Assembly (NCBI GenBank): GCA_964016885.1
Contig: OZ024742.1
Coordinates: 125,426,001-125,490,000, forward strand
DNA length: 64,000 nucleotides
Direction of reading: 5' to 3'
Origin: Eledone cirrhosa
Taxonomy: Eukaryota
The notes beneath the pieces are model-generated. The model was given only the letters and a program-made list of their open reading frames with translations. It had not been told where the DNA came from and made no database searches. Made by a program: the position numbers and the translations under genes. Shown here one piece after another: positions 1-13,147 of this stretch (position 1 is the first letter of the stretch; each line of letters starts with the position of its first letter).

Positions 1-3000
1 TTACTTTTATTTTATTATGTGCTTCCCTTATTATTTCCTTTCAAATCTACATTGAGTTGCTACCCCGATCTATTCGGTTAATTCTTAAGAGTTGCCAGTG
101 TATCTTTGTAAGCAAATCGAATCTCTATTTTTGTATATTTTGTTGGGCAAGCGTATTCAAATGCCGTCTACTTTTATTGTATTCCCTTTTTTTCGTATAC
201 ATCCATCTCAATATATCTAGTGTATAGTGGTTACCAAATCTATTACGAAATAGCCTTGGGGAAAGAAATAGTAAAGTGGAAGAGAGAGAGAGCTTATGGA
301 AGAGAAAAGCTGTTGGTGATACTAAGAAAGAGATAGCTGGCTACAACAAATTTTATACTGGATTTAGTAGTTTATTGTAACAGGCAATTTTCAAGAAATC
401 TAAAAGAATCTCTATTGATTTTTACAGAAATATGCATTCTTGTATATATCTATGAACAATAGTTTATGAACTGTGAAAGATTTACAGAGACGTTCAGTAC
501 GTTGTATTTTATCATACTTAGCGCAATAGCTATCATACAACGCGAGATGACTTTATCGACAATAAAACTACTATCATTATCTTGGCTAGAAACAGTTCTT
601 CATAAAGGACTTTAAATGTATACGACCAGCACTCTCTTTATATTAATTTTGCAGTTAAGATTATGTGTATTGGTATATATAATATGCATTTATCTTTCAT
701 CGGAATGTACTTGATTTAATATTTAATGTAACAGAAAAGCGATTTAATTTGGATATAAAAATAAACAAGATTTCTTCCAGTAAACTAATCGTCCACAATC
801 GATATTATTAATAAATGTTGTGCTTGAATTATATATGAATTCGAACTAGCGAGAACTTTCTCGATTAAATTTCTACAATCATAAAGAATAGACTCTGCTT
901 CAGAATGGTAGAAACTGTGAAGCACAGAACAAAACACTATGTACTATTTAGTTTCCCTTTATACTTCAAGTATAAGTCTCACCAAAGTCAACTATTTATC
1001 ATAGCCAACCCCAAGTATCAATAATGTGTTGTGGTAGTATTTAATCAAATATATTTCTCTGCATCCGACTGAGTATTTATTGCCATACCTACCCGTAATT
1101 ACAGATTTCGACTCTGATCGAGATGAGCTTTTCTATTCAGAAAACCGTTTTAGCTATATAATGATTATTTTCTGGAGAAGTAGACAATTTCAATTTCGAT
1201 TCTCACCCTCAGCTGTCTCTTTTAAATTGATGCAAGTTTATAAACTATCATAAAGTCTGTCGAAGATCCAACAATTCCTATCCTAGATGTCTAAACAAGG
1301 AATCGGTTATTGAAATCTAAACACATTGTAACCAGGCTCGAAAGCCAGTAGTTATCGGATTTGAAAATTAGTTAAGCGTAAATTCAAGGAAATTGTATTA
1401 AATTGATAGATGAAATTAAAGCGACAAATTTGAGGGGCATCACGTTTTCATAGTAAGAAAAATCTAAACGTTAGAAAAAAGTTAGAAATGCTGTTAGGAA
1501 ATCGATGAGAGATTCCTACAAATTATATCACAACCAAAACGCCAGTGGGGAAAATAGCATTTATCTTTTCTTCAACGCTGAACAATTGGTGTCGTTGGTG
1601 CTACATCGTGTACACTAAGAAATGAACGTACGAAAGATGCTTGTTGAATCTGGATAACGCAATCCCATACGTGACCATATTGTTAGTTATTTAAAGTCCG
1701 TCTTTGCTCTTGCTACGCAGTTGTAAACAGAAGTTTATTTTTGCGTTTATATATACCAAAACTTGTTTATCTTTATCTTAGTAGAAATGCATTCTCACTG
1801 ACAGAAATTTAGGTATATTCCCCGTTTTACTGGATTGCTTTGTAAGAAAAGTTTGATAACCTTCTGCCAGCTAAACACAAAATGAAAGATTTTTACAGAT
1901 ATTAGTATACCGATTTCTGTTTATCGTTAATAGCGTGGTTGTGATCACATAAATATTTGTGATTCTGGCAAGATGTAGTCAACCTACTTCATATGATACA
2001 TCGGATATAGGAGTAGGAATAGACTAGGCGTTGGCAGATGCCAAAAAATTAAGATAAATTTAAAGCTGTTCGACTGTAATACTAAATGAAGCTTGTTTCA
2101 GCCGATGTTTAGACGCTGCGTGCTTCTCTGAACAACGATATCACGTCGGTGGATAGGGTTTATAATAAACTATTTCAAGCTTTTCATATTACGTGACCAC
2201 ACCGCCAGTTTCACTCCACACCGCTTAAATATATATGTCTCCTAAGCACGCGTGGTTGAAGGTTAGTGGATTTAGGGGCATATAATTATGATCGAAACAG
2301 CTGAAAGCTGGTTTTATAAGGGAACGACGTCACTGCATCCCTCCAAATCGAAGATTAGCACACAAAAAAATTTAATACGGGAAAGCACACTAACAGGTTT
2401 AATCGTTGTAACCTATTCCTTATATTTGTAATTTCAGCCGGTGTTTGTTGCCGGACAAAAGAACTGGTTAAATTGTTCAGTCTCTAAAATTGGACAAGAA
2501 TTAGAAGAGTCTAGAAAGAGGGTAGTACTTGAAAATAAAATGATAATCCTACATCGCCATTTGGTGATCTATTGACATTTGATTGTTCTACCGTGTCCAC
2601 AAAATATCTAGCTATTTTGGAGTTTCGGAAATGTTGCATCGAAGTCTTTTAGACACTGCCAACATATACAAAGTGAGAAACAAGATGCGATGTTGTTTTT
2701 CAGAAAGGAACCGATGTTGCGTCCTCCTCGGATATATCTGATGGTTATGTGTTATCTGCTAGACATGTTTATCTATTTAGCTCACGGATATATACAAAGA
2801 CTATTACAATTTACATCGATTGATAGGCTGTCTCAACACATCTGTGGTGAAGATACAATCCGACAAATATATATATATATTTGCGAAAGAAATTTAGGTT
2901 TATTCGCTTATTTAAGGCGAGGAAGTGACACTTACAAAATATCTGGTGACAAATCCGTAAGTTTATTTATTCTAAAATGACAACACTGTTTGCCTTCGAG

Positions 3001-3942
3001 AAAATACATAAGTATTTAGAATATTACTTAACGTTGGTCGAGATGTTGTCAACAATACAAACAAGGTGAGAAATTGATCTGAATCAAACTAACCTATCTA
3101 TGTAATCCATCTACGAAAATATATATAAACAATTGACTTGATCAAATTATGGGATAAGAGAAGGAGCAAGTAATCATAGCAACTATTAAACTTTTTAATA
3201 CAACCCTCTAAACATTAACGTTGACAATACGCAGGTTTGATCTGCTATAAATAGCAGATAACACCCTGGATTCTCAACACACTATCCCCAAAGAGGAAGA
3301 ACACAACAGATAAGGTAATCTAGTAGGTTAAATGTAAGTTAAAGAAAACAATCATCATGGTTTGAACAAGTTTGATCTTGATGATAAGTGTGCTCTATCT
3401 GGTCTGACATCGAACTAAGCTACAACAACAACAATACCAACAAGAACGAAATAACTTACAAATGTTCCTGTCAGTGTCGTCATAAACAATTACAAAGATT
3501 CCAAATCTTATTTGAATGAAAACTCATCGCCTTGAGACATATTGGATTATTTTGTAGATATTTAATGTTGTGTTTTTGTACGGATGTTCCGGTGATAAAC
3601 AAGTGCAAATATCCAATGCAACGCAAATATCATTTTAACCTTATAGTTGCTTCAATCTAAAGTTTGTAATACGAGGCTATTTGTATGATTTCTATTACCA
3701 TACACATCGATTGCTTATAGACTAGCATCGGGATGAATTATGTCTCTTCTTTTTCATTACATCATGATACTAAACTTATGTTACTAAACATATAGTATGT
3801 AAGTTCAACCGTTTCAACTAAATTTATTTCTTTATTTAGCTAAATCATCGATTTAAATTCTGTGTAAAACTACTTTTTTATATTCAAATTCTATTAGAAA
3901 TATATTAATATTAGAATTTCTTATTATTATAATGACTATAAG

Positions 3943-4170
3943 GGTGGTGGATTAGCATTATCGGTAGGGTAGAGCGTCGGAAAACATTCTTTGCAGCATA
4001 TATTTACGGACTTTTAGGTGCTGAGTCCAAATACCGCCGAGGGTAGCTTTACAATTTATTCTTACGGGTCGATAGAATAAATTGCCAGTAAGGAACTAGG
4101 GTCGATTTAATTGACTTTCCCCTCCCCCAAAAGTGTTGTCCTTGTGTCTAAATCATAAACAATTATTATA
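3943..4170 (+). mobile_element. tRNA-derived SINE, family A, diverged
   Basis: Shares head GGTGGATTGGCA..TCGGTAG, core GCCGAGG..GCTTT...GGGTCGATA.AATAAA..CCAGT and tail CCTTGTG.CTAAA...GAAACAATTATT with the cleaner copy at 49602-49790. Confidence 0.75.
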
Positions 4171-4207
4171 TTGCCAAAAAGTAGAAACAATTATTATAAC
4201 GACTATA

Positions 4208-4422
4208 AGGATTTAGCAGTACCGGTAGAGCATTGGTCAGCATGCTTTGCAGCATATAGTGAGGGTCATTTAAATTTTGTGTTCAGATCTCGCCGTGGTT
4301 AGCTTTGGATATCATCCTTACGGAGTCGAGACAATAAAGTACTAGTAACGAACTGAGGTCGATTTAATCGACTTTCCCCTTTTCCAAAATTGTTGCCCTT
4401 GTGCCTAAATCAGAAACAAATA
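4208..4422 (+). mobile_element. tRNA-derived SINE, family A, second tandem copy
   Basis: Same motif order as 3943-4170 and 49602-49790. Confidence 0.7.
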
Positions 4423-5434
4423 ATTTCATGAATAAATATACTCTGTAAAATCTCCCTTGCTTACAGTTACTTATCACGGTTGATTAATTAATGTTTTGTC
4501 TTACTTTATAAGGTTAGCGCCCATTTTTATATTAAGTGGTCAGGCAGCAAACATTCTTTCACCTAAATCATCATATCATCTAATTTTCTTTCATTGAAAA
4601 GAAATATACTAATCTAGGTATTCTAAATCTGCGATAAAGTTTGTAGTATATTTCCCTGTTAAAGTCTTATAATACCAAAAAATGTATAAATTATTACCAT
4701 ATAACCAACGATTAGTTTCATTCTGCCACGGAGTTGTCTACTCTAAATAATTATGATTTCTGGCGATACCTCACTTAGCTCTCTTATCCTGCTATAGTAT
4801 TAATTTGTAATTATTTCATCTCAAAAGAGGTGTAATTTGAATTACTTAAAGTTCATTGGCTCATTGCATTAATTTTAATGTGATACATTTAACTATGTGA
4901 ACTGTATTGACATAATTCAAAGCTGTAAGTAACAATATAGAAGTAAATAGTGTTCCGTTGTGTTACAGTGCTTATTTCGCCTTTACCTCTGGACATAGTC
5001 CAATGTTATTGCACATGAAAGTGTATTTCCCCAAGGCCAAAAGGAAGCAACATATGAAATTAAAGTGTATTCGTCAAACCTAATTGGATGGCGGCTGTTT
5101 TGCAGTTATAGAATATTCAATTCAAGAGAATTTGATGAAAGATTAGGGTGATATGTCATATGTTGCTATACCCGGTAGCAACACTATGTGTAAAGATGCA
5201 ATTATTTATTCTCCAGTATCATCACTAAGGTTTCCAGTATCATGTAAGCTTTTCAAAGTTAAAATATATTCTTAGGAAGTGAAATCTATATGGATTCAAA
5301 GTAAATATTATCAGAAATTAGAAAGTAGGATTAAGTGATATCAATTTGATAACAACCGATGGTAAGTAGAAATATGCCCGGCGATAGGTTTATTTCTCTA
5401 TATGGTATACACACCAGTTAATAACCCCTTCTAA

Positions 5435-5436
<2 letters not shown>

Positions 5437-5488
<52 letters not shown>

Positions 5489-5671
5489 TGGAGGGGCGTG
5501 TGTGCGTGTGTGTGTGTATGTATAGCTTCAACGAAAAAGCTCATGGCTAAGTCTTTAGAATATGGATTCAAAACAGGGGACATATTAACGATTTTACTGT
5601 TCATTCCAGTGCATTTTGGGACGTAACGAAGCAGATAGAGACAAATACAGGACACACATACACACACTCAC

Positions 5672-5709
<38 letters not shown>

Positions 5710-5728
5710 ACACACAAACACATATTTC

Positions 5729-5765
<37 letters not shown>
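5437..5765. repeat. (TA)n, (GT)n and (CA)n microsatellite cluster
   Basis: Directly visible. Confidence 0.9.
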
Positions 5766-5768
<3 letters not shown>

Positions 5769-5785
5769 AGTTATTAATTTGTTCT

Positions 5786-5935
5786 TCAAATCACTTTTCT
5801 CACACATTCTGTGACCTCCTTAATGACTATTTGTTCTTCGTGTCTTTGGTTCTTCTGGTGAAATATTAGAAGAGACACAGAGAAGAGGAAATAGTTATTG
5901 AGGAGATTACAGAATGTCTGACGAAAGTGCTTTGA
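5786..5935. repeat. Imperfect fold-back (hairpin/MITE-like)
   Basis: tcaaatcacttttctcacacattctgtgacctccttaatgactattt is the approximate reverse complement of aaatagttattgaggagattacagaatgtctgacgaaagtgctttga. Confidence 0.7.
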
Positions 5936-6360
5936 TGACCTAACAGATAATTGTTTTATGTACCATAATCAACTACAATATACTTACACAACTGTTTTCT
6001 AAAACGATATCCTTAAATACACAGCTGGATTTCTTCAATCGTTGTCCACACGAATCAAATATTGTTCTGAAGATATGGTATAGGCCGGACTAATATTCAG
6101 TTTACCCTGTGTTACGCGCCATCTATCAGCACAAATGTTACCCCGATTTTGTAAAAGTTCTTTCCTTTACATTGGAGATTTTAATCGTAAATTAACTAAT
6201 TAATTGGGATTTGTTTAACATTCCTTAGCCATCACTTTAGAACTCTCGTACACCATTAAGAATCTCCCCGGAAAGAACTCCATTACGATATGGCAGACTG
6301 TATGATTTGGTAATAACCTCAAGCATCTAGGTACGTATGCCACTATTGGGAAATCATTAT

Positions 6361-6430
<70 letters not shown>

Positions 6431-6449
6431 GTATATATATATAATGATA

Positions 6450-6636
6450 ATAATTGTTTCTACTTTTGGCACAAGGCCAGGAATTATCCCAGTGTATTAC
6501 TGATACTTTATTTTATCGACCCCGTAAGGATGAAAGACAAAGTTAACCTCGGCGGGTTTGAACATAAACAGCTGTAACTCTTTGCTGCAAAGCATGGCGT
6601 CCGACCGTCTACCGATATTGCCAATCCACCGCCCTT
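6450..6636 (-). mobile_element. tRNA-derived SINE, family A
   Basis: Close reverse complement of 49602-49790. Confidence 0.8.
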
Positions 6637-6642
6637 ATATGT

Positions 6643-6887
6643 ACTAATAATAATGATAATAAAAAGGACGAGGTGTTAGATCTTCATTACATTTAATGAG
6701 GTGTAACGCCCATTTCGTGATTGAACAGCTCAAGGCTCGATCTGTATCGATCTGGCCCGAGCTTTTGATTCTAGAGTCGGGCCAGATCGATACAGATGAG
6801 CCTTGAGCTGATCAATCGCGAAAGGTGCGTCACATCTCAATAAATATAATGAATACCTAATACTGTATTTTTTATTATTATTAGTAT
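6643..6887. repeat. Long fold-back palindrome (MITE-like)
   Basis: cagctcaaggctcgatctgtatcgatctggcccga pairs with tcgggccagatcgatacagatgagccttgagctg. Arms extend about 110 bp around a loop of about 16 bp. Confidence 0.85.
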
Positions 6888-7210
6888 TACAGTCTGCTTA
6901 GTACAACCCCAATATTCCTACTGGAGATAGATAGATAGATAGATATGTTTCTTTTATTTGCCACCAGGGCATCAAAAGTGGGACAAGTACAATGGGGGGA
7001 GTTTACAAAACAAGGCGTCCTCAATAAGGAGGAGGCAATAACAATATATAAAAATAAAATAAAATATAACAAAAAATAAAATTTATAACAAAGTCCTCAA
7101 TAGAGATGAGGCGCCTTGGGGGGGTCGCACACACCCCCGAAAAAAGTGTGCAACCCTTCTCCTCAGGAGCACAGAGAAGGGGTGCTCCCTTGGTCTTTCA
7201 TCTTCCTCAC

Positions 7211-10200
7211 CTATAGTCTGATGTAGAGTGAAGGCCCATTCACACGGGCCATTCTCGCCACTTTCACCCATCTTTCATAAAATGGCTGGGGTGCAGCACC
7301 GCTCTCTCCATCCTGATCCTTCTTCCGAAATGATATCGGAAGATACGGACCAGTTGTTGGCCAGAGAGAAAGGTGTCTGACCTCAGTCCTTTCAGACGCG
7401 TCCACCATACAACCTCTTTCGCCATGCCTATTACGCACAGAAACACCGCCTCTCCTTCGTTTTTGAAGAGGGGAGGCGGCTTGATCGTTACAATAGACTC
7501 GGTGGTCAACCGGATCGGTCCCACCCTTGACAGCAGTTGTTCGACATAGCCCCACAGATCGGCAATGCCCGAGCAGTGTACCAATGCGTGTGCAACGGTT
7601 TCCTCGTCGCACACGCATCTGGGACAGATCTTTTTCGATGGGTCCCTACCCGGGCGCCCGTGTCTGTAGAGCCTTTCTCGAACGGGAAGAGCCCTTCTGT
7701 AGCATTGCCAGGCCAGGGACCTCTGGAAGTTATCCATGGGTCCCGGGTTGAATGTCCTACCGAACAGGTTGGCCAGTTCGTCTTCCTCCATGCCTAGGGC
7801 TTCTCCGAGGGCGTCGTCACACCTGCTAACTACCAGCCCTCTATAGAATGACGAGGTGGATTCTCCACTGACAGCCGGGTCCGGCTGCCAGAGAGCAGTG
7901 AGCGCCTGGACACACTCGGTGTGCCAGGCGCCCAGTTTTCTCGGTGTTTGCTTGACCCAGGATTGCAGCTCGGTGAGTGAGACGAGTCTGGGAAAGGCTC
8001 GCCTCACAAACGGGGCCCACACCGGTTGACCGGAGAGGAATACCTGAAGGTGCCGTAGCCTTAATGCGTGTTTACGTATCATTAGCCACGGCATCCCCAG
8101 CCCTCCTTTCGAAGGGTGTTGACAGCAGATGGATCTCCTCACCATAGGAGCCCGCTTCTTCCAAAGGAATTGGAAGAGTGCGCGCTCCATTTTGGCGAGC
8201 GTTTCCCTTGGGCAAGGCACAACGGTCAGGCGGTAGTAGATGACGGATGCTATATAAGTGTTCGCCACCTCCGCTTGACCTTTCAGGGACAGTTTGCACT
8301 CGGCCCACTTCTGGGTCAGTGCAAACACCCTGTTCTTTACCTCACCCCAGTTCTTCTCCACCTGGAGGTCTGGTTCGAACCAGACCCCGAGCAACTTCAC
8401 CGGACCCTCCGTCCAGCACCGACGACGCCATCGGAGGGCATCAATGTGCCCCTCCACGTGCCGAGTTGCAGACCGATCGACTTGTCCCGGTTCAGCTTAG
8501 AGCCTGTAAACCTTTCGTACTCCTCCAGTAAGGTACCGATCGCCCGATTTCCGAGGCCGTCGACACAATTACTGTTACGTCATCGGCGTAGGCTGACACC
8601 GCTTTCCGCAATCCCAGTTCCAACGGGATGCCCTGCAACAACTCCAACTTCCCCAGCAGTTGCTCTAGAGTCATTACATACAGAAGGGAGGTGAGAGGGC
8701 ACCCCTGTCGGATGGACCGCGCGATTTCGAACGGCTCTGAGAGGTAGCCGTTCACCTTGACCCTAGAGCAGATGCGGCTGCTGTGCATGGCATTGATCCA
8801 GCCCCTGAAAACGGGTACGAAGCCTGCCGCCGCTAGCACCGCATCCAGGTAACCATGGTCGACCCTATCGAATGCCTTAGATTGATCCAAGTTGATCAGG
8901 GCCCCACCAAAGCCGGGTTCGTTCCCAACCCTCTCTATGATGTATCGCATGAGGTGGAGGTTGTCGTGGATGGACCTGGACGGGATAGCACATGTCTGCG
9001 CATCTCCCACCAGGTTGCCCACGATAAGCGCCAACCTCTTTGCTAGCACCTTGGCCAAAATCTGTAACTCTGTATTTAGCAGAGTTATGGGCCTGAAATT
9101 ATTTATATCGTCCCCCTTGTTCTCGTCCTTCCTCACTAGCGTGACTACGCCCTTGGTCACAGCACAGGGAATTCTCCCGTTCTGTTGCCAGTTGCAGTAG
9201 ACCGCCTCGAGGAGATCGGGGAACAAGTCCGCCATAGCTAGATATAGTTCGTATGGAAGACCATCGAGACCCGGGGATTTGCGTTTGCCGCATTGGCTCA
9301 GCACGTCCTCTATCTCAGCCGCTGAAATCGGCTCCTCGCAGGACTTCGCCTCCCTGTCCGAGAGATGCGGCAGGCCGTCGAGGTATGGACCGAAGTCCAC
9401 TTCCCCAACCGGTCCCCCGCCCCTTCCGAACAATCCGGCAAAGTGCTTTTGAAAAGCCTCGCACATCTGCTTAGGTTCAAGGATCACCCGTCCATCCTGG
9501 TCTTGCAAAGACCGGATAGTGGATCTGCTCCCTCTTTTGGCTTCTGTCACGTGGACCCAGCTAACAGCTTTGGTCCCCTCGTTTCCCAGAGCACGTATTT
9601 TGCTTCGGACGATGCAGCCTTCGTGTTTCGCGTCGAAGAACTGGCCCAGGGCCGTTCTCGACGCTAGCACTCTGGCCACGTTGCCGCTTCTAATTGCCTC
9701 TTCTACACTATCTACCAACTCCCTTTCCTTCCTATTTCTATTTGAGGCTAACTCCTTACTAAATTCTATAGAGACTACTCTAATCTCTCTTTTGAGAGAT
9801 CCCCACCACCTGTTGTTGACGATGGCGCCCGTCAACCGCTCCTTAACTAAAGTGCTAATCCGGTAAGGACAAGTTGAGCTTCCAGTAACCGGGTCCCTGT
9901 CTATGAGTTCTGTCAAGGTTGATCATGCAGGTCACTAAATTGTGGTCTGAATAGCCAACCATGCGCATTGTTTGACAACTTAAAAAGTCCTTATCCTTAA
10001 TTCTAACTAAGAACCTATCTAGGTACGACCTAGATGATCCGCTACGAGTTGCCCAAGTCCAGGTTGGCGCTGTCGGAAAATCTAGTCGATATCTATCGGC
10101 CAGGTCAAATCGACGGATTAACCCTTTGAGGCTATTACACCCCTCTCTATCGGGACAGGCCCCTACGTAGTCCCAGCGTGCATCTAGGATACCATTCCAG

Positions 10201-10596
10201 TTTCCCACTAACAGCAAGGAGCGGGACGTCCCTAGAAAAGTCTCCAGACGATGGAAGAAGTCCGGTTGCATTGACCCAAAAGGGCCGTAGGCGGCTACCA
10301 ACCTAAACGCTCCGCCTTTACCACTGCCAAGGTCCAGAACCACTAGTCGACCCTCCAGGTCCAAATGTACCATCTGTGTTGCGAGACCCAGATGTTTTTG
10401 CAGCAGAACGTAGGAGAGATGCGTGCATCTCAAAGTCATTAAAGGTGGGGGCCAGCTGTCGCACGTTGCTGATCCGGGCCTCGCAAATAACCATCACATC
10501 TATACGTTGTGACCTGAGGTCATTTAGAAGCATTGCTTGCTTCCAAGTTGAGCCCAGGCCACGCACATTTAAACAGCCTACTCTTAGCATAGCCAT
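7211..10596 (-). pseudogene. Tx1-type ORF2: AP endonuclease, reverse transcriptase and C-terminal Cys/His motif, about 4 frameshifts
   Basis: MAMLRVGCLNVRGL, GNWN, SYLDRFLV, YSDH (APE); KSPGLDGLP, FRPITLLN, LDQSKAFDRVDH, IRQGCPL, AYADD (RT); CPRC..EETVAHALVHC. Split over ORFs 10318-10620, 9855-10439, 8492-9916, 7264-8457 and 7211-7618. Confidence 0.92.
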
Positions 10597-10620
10597 GTTG
10601 GTGGTGAAGAGAAAAGACAC

Positions 10621-12407
10621 TTACCTCTCTGCGTCCCGGGTATCGGGCTGCACAATTTCCATTAGGGTGGGGGCTGGGTTGTTGGGTGGGGTGGTGGTTT
10701 GTGGAAGTGTAGGGGCATCAGTGTGTTGTGTGGTTGGGGAGTTTGGAGTTGTGTGGGTGTTTGGGGAGGGGGTGGGGTAGTTTTTTAGGAGGACGCGGTT
10801 AATGGGCCCGACGCAGGGGCGACCCACGTCCTCTTTAAAATTGTTTTTTAAAGTGTTATAGGTGTCCTGTGGGGCCTTAATCATTTTGAGGTGGGGGAAA
10901 TCCCCTGCCTGGGTGAAGTTAGGCTCTTGTGTTTTTATTAGATTGTTGTTGTACACAATGTTTAACAGTTTTTTGTTTCTTGTGTTTATGTATGTGTATG
11001 CATGTTTTAGTTTTTGTGTGGTGTTTTTTGATTGCTGTTGTTGTGAGCTCTTTTTTGTTGGTGTCAGTGTTATGTTTTGGGGAGGGGTTGTTTTCATTTG
11101 TGTGTCTGAGGTGTGTTTTCTTTTTTTTCTTTTGATTGTGTGGAAGTGCTCCTCCTCGTCTGACGACGAACTAGGGTCATCTTCCGCGTTGGAGGGGAGG
11201 GGTATATTTTCGGGTTGCGTTTGCGGTGCGGGTGTTTTGGAAATTGTTTTTGTTTTTTGAGTGAAGGGGATGGGTTGGACATTGTTTTGTTTTGGTTTGA
11301 GCTGTGGTGGTTGTTTTTGTAGTGGTAGTTGTGGTGATTGTGTTGGTTGTGCAGTTGTTGGTGGTGTAACAGGATTGGGGTTTTCTTATTAAGTTGGGGA
11401 CAGACAGCCCTCAGGTGACCTCTGGTTCCGCAGAAGTAACACGAGGGCCGTCTACCCTCAACGGTAATGTTGATGAAGGTTAGATCATCCATTATGACGC
11501 GTTCAGGGATCTGGGCGATCCTTTCGGGCCTCATTTGAACTACAAGTTCGAGGCTCGTTCCACTGAACGCGTCACCCGATGCCTTTCCCATGGACACCAG
11601 CATGTCATCCTCCAGCTCCAGGAAACCTGTCAAAACCCACCATATGTCCATAATCGGCAGGATGGAGTGGATTTTTATTTTGTGTGTTCTTCTACCCATG
11701 TACGTAGGGTAGAAGGTGTATGCGGTGGATGTGATTGGTTTGATGGACAGTTTCACTGCTGTGTCCCTGTCCTTCATGAGAATGGATAGACTCCCATAGA
11801 GTCTATCCTTCTGAATGAAGGTGATGTTCTTCATGACGTCTTTTAAAACCAGCTCTATCTCACTCTGTGATGGTTGAGCTGGTTTTTTACTTTTATTCGA
11901 GATTGTCCTAAACATGACAGTGTTTAGGAGTCTCTGGCTTTTTAGTTCGGGGGGGGGGGAGGATTGTGAATGAACCATTTTCCCCGTACACTATATATTT
12001 TTTGGCATCTGCCAGTAGCTCCTTCGCTTTGGTTATATCTACTGGCAGATAGTCGAGGGTTTTCCTTGTCGTCTCGGCGAAGGAGAAATTTTGTGTGTTT
12101 GTATTGTTGTTGTCGTTGGTGGTGTTGTTGTTATCATTGTTGTTGTTGTCACAGTTATTGGTCTTGTTGTTGTTGTTATTGTTATTGGTGTTGTTTTCGT
12201 CCGTCGCATTGTTGTTGCTGTTGCTGGTGCCGCTGGTTCTTTGGGTTGTTGCCATGGCAACGTCAAGTTGTCGGTTAACAGGTGGAGAAAATTCTTCCTC
12301 TGGCTGACCTTTCTTCTTGACCTCTGCTACTGTGACAGTGGCAGGGGGGGCTGTAAGTTTATCTTCCCCTTTCCTCCTTCGAATTTTGGTGAAGAAGCTT
12401 CAGCCAT
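10621..12407 (-). pseudogene. Tx1-type ORF1 (nucleic-acid binding) with zinc knuckle, frameshifted
   Basis: Probable ATG at 12407 (MAEASSPK); Asn/Thr-rich tract; CYFCGTRGHLRAVC (CX2CX4HX4C) at about 11400-11441; stop at 10621 just upstream of ORF2. Several frame changes fall at G or T homopolymers. Confidence 0.8.
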
Positions 12408-12620
12408 TTTAAAAAATATTAACTTTTCAACAAGAAAAAACTTTTTTTGTTTAACTATTTCGCCTAAAGGCGTAGAATATTTTGAGAGACTGACCAGATC
12501 AAAGTTTGACCTGGCAGTCCCTCTACAAAATGGTACAAAAATTAAAGTTAACAGACAAGAATTTCTATAGAAATTTAAACAGAACTTACTCAGCAAGTTA
12601 TACGCGTGTGTCCATCCCAG

Positions 12621-12670
<50 letters not shown>

Positions 12671-13147
12671 GAATGTATGTCAAGTGGTATACAATTTTCG
12701 TACCATGAAGTACAGGAACACGACAGATAAAGTATATTTATATTTTATTGCAACTTATCTAAATAATTTCCTCTTATGATGGGTTTCGCGTCATCTGTAG
12801 ATCGCGTTCCGCCAAGATCGATGGCAGGAGACCGATGGTCGATTGCTTAGATCGATTTTTGCTTTTGTATACGAAATATGAAACAGTTACCGTAAGAAAA
12901 ATAAGAAATGTTCTAACTTAAAGTATGTACTTTTTCCTAGATATTATAGGCTTTGTATATATGTACAAACTTCTGTTTTTCTAACGATATATGGCTGTCT
13001 CTCTCTATCTATAAACATATAACTTTTAATTTGAATTATTGATAGTCTGGATAAATATACATTGAGCTTTTTTGCTGATAAACATAATCATCATACATAT
13101 TATATGTTATGATACCTTAACCTAGTATATATATATATATATATATA

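Larger units (their letters stand above)
6946..12620 (-). mobile_element. Full-length Tx1/L1-clade non-LTR retrotransposon, frameshifted, flanked on both sides by (AGAT)n
   Basis: 5' UTR, ORF1 with CCHC knuckle, ORF2 with APE-RT-Cys domain, AATAAA at 6953-6958. (AGAT)n lies at 6925-6945 and 12619-12669. Confidence 0.92.

Noticed and set aside
2160-2320. Weak inverted repeat
   Set aside because: Arms too diverged to distinguish from chance in AT-rich DNA.
1-3900. Possible ancient LINE or transposase remnant, including ORF 2690-2980
   Set aside because: Only vague peptide resemblance and no recognisable catalytic motif. A translated profile search would be needed.
7500-12600. Numerous plus-strand ORFs over the Tx1 element, and antisense ORFs over Gypsy, PLE and CR1
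   Set aside because: Shadow ORFs of retroelement coding or low-complexity sequence.
12770-12810. Minus-strand CAGAUGA-CGC-GAAAC hammerhead-like string
   Set aside because: Stems I, II and III cannot be formed.
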